This document shows positions 62,647 through 64,000 of a DNA stretch of 64,000 nucleotides, in pieces. Position numbers and translations under genes: made by a program. Each line of letters opens with the position of its first letter. Positions within the stretch are counted from its first letter, which is position 1. Source of the stretch: Candidatus Cybelea sp. (GTDB taxonomy: Bacteria > Acidobacteriota > Terriglobia > Acidiferrales > UBA7541); the NCBI GenBank assembly GCA_035510055.1, contig DATKHV010000099.1:29826-93825 (forward strand), in the 5' to 3' direction. The notes under the pieces are model-generated. The model did no database searches and was not told where the DNA came from. It saw only the letters and a program-made list of their open reading frames with translations.

Positions 62647-64000
62647 GACGCAAGCGCATGATGGAAGCGCTCGACGAGGATATCCGCGACCACCTCGAAC
62701 GGGAAACGCAGGACAACATCGAGCGCGGCATGTCGCCAGAAGAAGCCCACTATGCGGCCATGCGCAAATTCGGCAACGTGACGCAGGTCAAGGAGGAGAC
62801 GCGGGACGTCTGGAGTCTCATTTGGCTCGAGCAGCTGCTCGAGGACCTCCGCTTCGGCCTACGCTTGCTGCGAAAAAACCCTGGTTTCACAGCCGTTGCA
62901 GTCCTCACGCTCGCACTCGGTATTGGCGCCAACGCCGCGGTCTTCTCCGTGGTCTACGCCGTTCTCCTGCGTCCGCTGCCGTACAAAGAGCCGTCGCGTT
63001 TGGTTGTGCTGAACGAGGCCACGCCAAAGGTTGGGAACGTCTCTGTTTCGTATCAGAATTTTCTTGATTGGCGCGCCACGAGCCACACATTCTCGCAGAT
63101 GGCCGCCGTCCACTCCCTCGATTTCAATCTTGCTGGCATAACTCAGCCGGAAAGCATCAGCGGGGACGCGGTCTCGCCGAATTTTCTTTCCATGATGGGT
63201 GTCCGCCCGCTCCTGGGCCGAGATTTTGATGCATCGGAAGAGAAAGCTGGCTCGGCGCCAGTGGTATTGCTGAATTATGCCTTGTGGCAATCACATCTCG
63301 GCGGCGATCCGAACGCTGTCGGTAAAGCAATTACGCTCGATGGTCGCAGCTTCACGATCGTTGGCGTGCTGCCCTCGAACTACCGTTCAGTCGACACCAC
63401 CGACGTGGTGTTGCCGATCGGCGCATGGATTACCAACAATCCGGAAGAGGTCAAGGAGCGAGGCGCTCGCGGCGACATGGTTGTGATTGGGAGGCTAGCG
63501 CCGGGCGTCGCAATCACGCAAGCCCGCGCGGAAATGGAAGGCATCGCAGCGCGGCTCGCGAAAGAATATCCGGCAAGCAATGATCAATTCAGCGTGGCGC
63601 TCCAGCCGATTCGCGAAGCATTCGTCGGCGATATGAAGACGGCGATTCTTGTGCTTTTTGGTGCGGTATTGTTTGTGCTGCTGATCGCGTGCGCGAATGT
63701 AGCGAACTTGTTCCTCGTGCGCGGAGCCAGCCGCGCCAAGGAAGTTGCACTGCGCATTGCCTTTGGCGCAAGCCGTGGTCGCATCATCCGCCAAATGCTG
63801 ACCGAGAGTTTCCTTTTGGCCTGCTTCGGCGGAGTTGTGGGCGTGACGTTGGCGGTGGGCGGGATTCGTGGCATGGCCCAGCTGATTTCCACGGACATGT
63901 TGTCTGGCGCTACGGTGAATCTAAATGGTGCGGTCCTCGTGTTTGTCGGAGGCGTGGCCGTCCTGGCCGCCTTCATTTTCGGCCTAGCTCCTGCCTTGCA
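62643..64000 (+). CDS. MacB/FtsX-type ABC permease of the PadR-associated 'ADOP' type (continues beyond window end)
   Basis: Absent from the track because it runs off the window. My translation from ATG 62643, which overlaps the PadR stop as ATGA, reads [117 protein letters not shown]... This is the typical N-terminus of this family. Confidence 0.85.
   Translation, partial: MRRKRMMEALDEDIRDHLERETQDNIERGMSPEEAHYAAMRKFGNVTQVKEETRDVWSLIWLEQLLEDLRFGLRLLRKNPGFTAVAVLTLALGIGANAAVFSVVYAVLLRPLPYKEPSRLVVLNEATPKVGNVSVSYQNFLDWRATSHTFSQMAAVHSLDFNLAGITQPESISGDAVSPNFLSMMGVRPLLGRDFDASEEKAGSAPVVLLNYALWQSHLGGDPNAVGKAITLDGRSFTIVGVLPSNYRSVDTTDVVLPIGAWITNNPEEVKERGARGDMVVIGRLAPGVAITQARAEMEGIAARLAKEYPASNDQFSVALQPIREAFVGDMKTAILVLFGAVLFVLLIACANVANLFLVRGASRAKEVALRIAFGASRGRIIRQMLTESFLLACFGGVVGVTLAVGGIRGMAQLISTDMLSGATVNLNGAVLVFVGGVAVLAAFIFGLAPAL

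Overview
High-GC, gene-dense chromosomal segment with about 48 protein-coding genes. I recognised no rRNA, tRNA, CRISPR array, transposase or integrase. The gene content suggests an Acidobacteriota-type genome, which is an inference from family recognition only, since no search was run. The supporting genes are a PadR regulator overlapping a MacB/FtsX-type 'ADOP'-like permease, a VWFA-related secreted protein, an outer-membrane barrel with a CarboxypepD_reg-like front, and many secreted BNR/LVIVD/multiheme proteins. Most of the window is housekeeping or accessory metabolism: MFS and AI-2E transporters, Lon-like protease, M50 site-2 protease, P450, aldo/keto reductase, FUSC, xylulokinase, PPi-type phosphofructokinase, DJ-1, GH130 plus GT4, SthA and groESL. 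Three clusters stand out. (A) 16.1-24.0 kb holds a NuoE/F/G-type NADH-dehydrogenase module. Its Fe-S subunit carries two cyclic-nucleotide-binding domains. It is followed by a His-rich membrane protein and a membrane-anchored decaheme cytochrome c, with a divergent pentaheme cytochrome upstream. (B) 33.8-41.2 kb is an operon of an outer-membrane barrel, a truncated PIN ORF, a 1280-aa ten-heme cytochrome fused to LVIVD repeats, and a Tat-exported CE4 deacetylase. (C) 56.8-62.1 kb is a tightly packed five-gene operon. It joins a coiled-coil protein and a 2-TM PspA/IM30 (ESCRT-III-like) protein to an ABC transporter whose substrate-binding protein is membrane-anchored and fused to an OmpA peptidoglycan-binding domain. 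Two HTH regulators and inverted repeats lie just upstream. Cluster C is my best candidate for an uncharacterised system, followed by A and B. All family calls come from motif and pattern recognition on the supplied translations and my own translations. None has been checked against a database.
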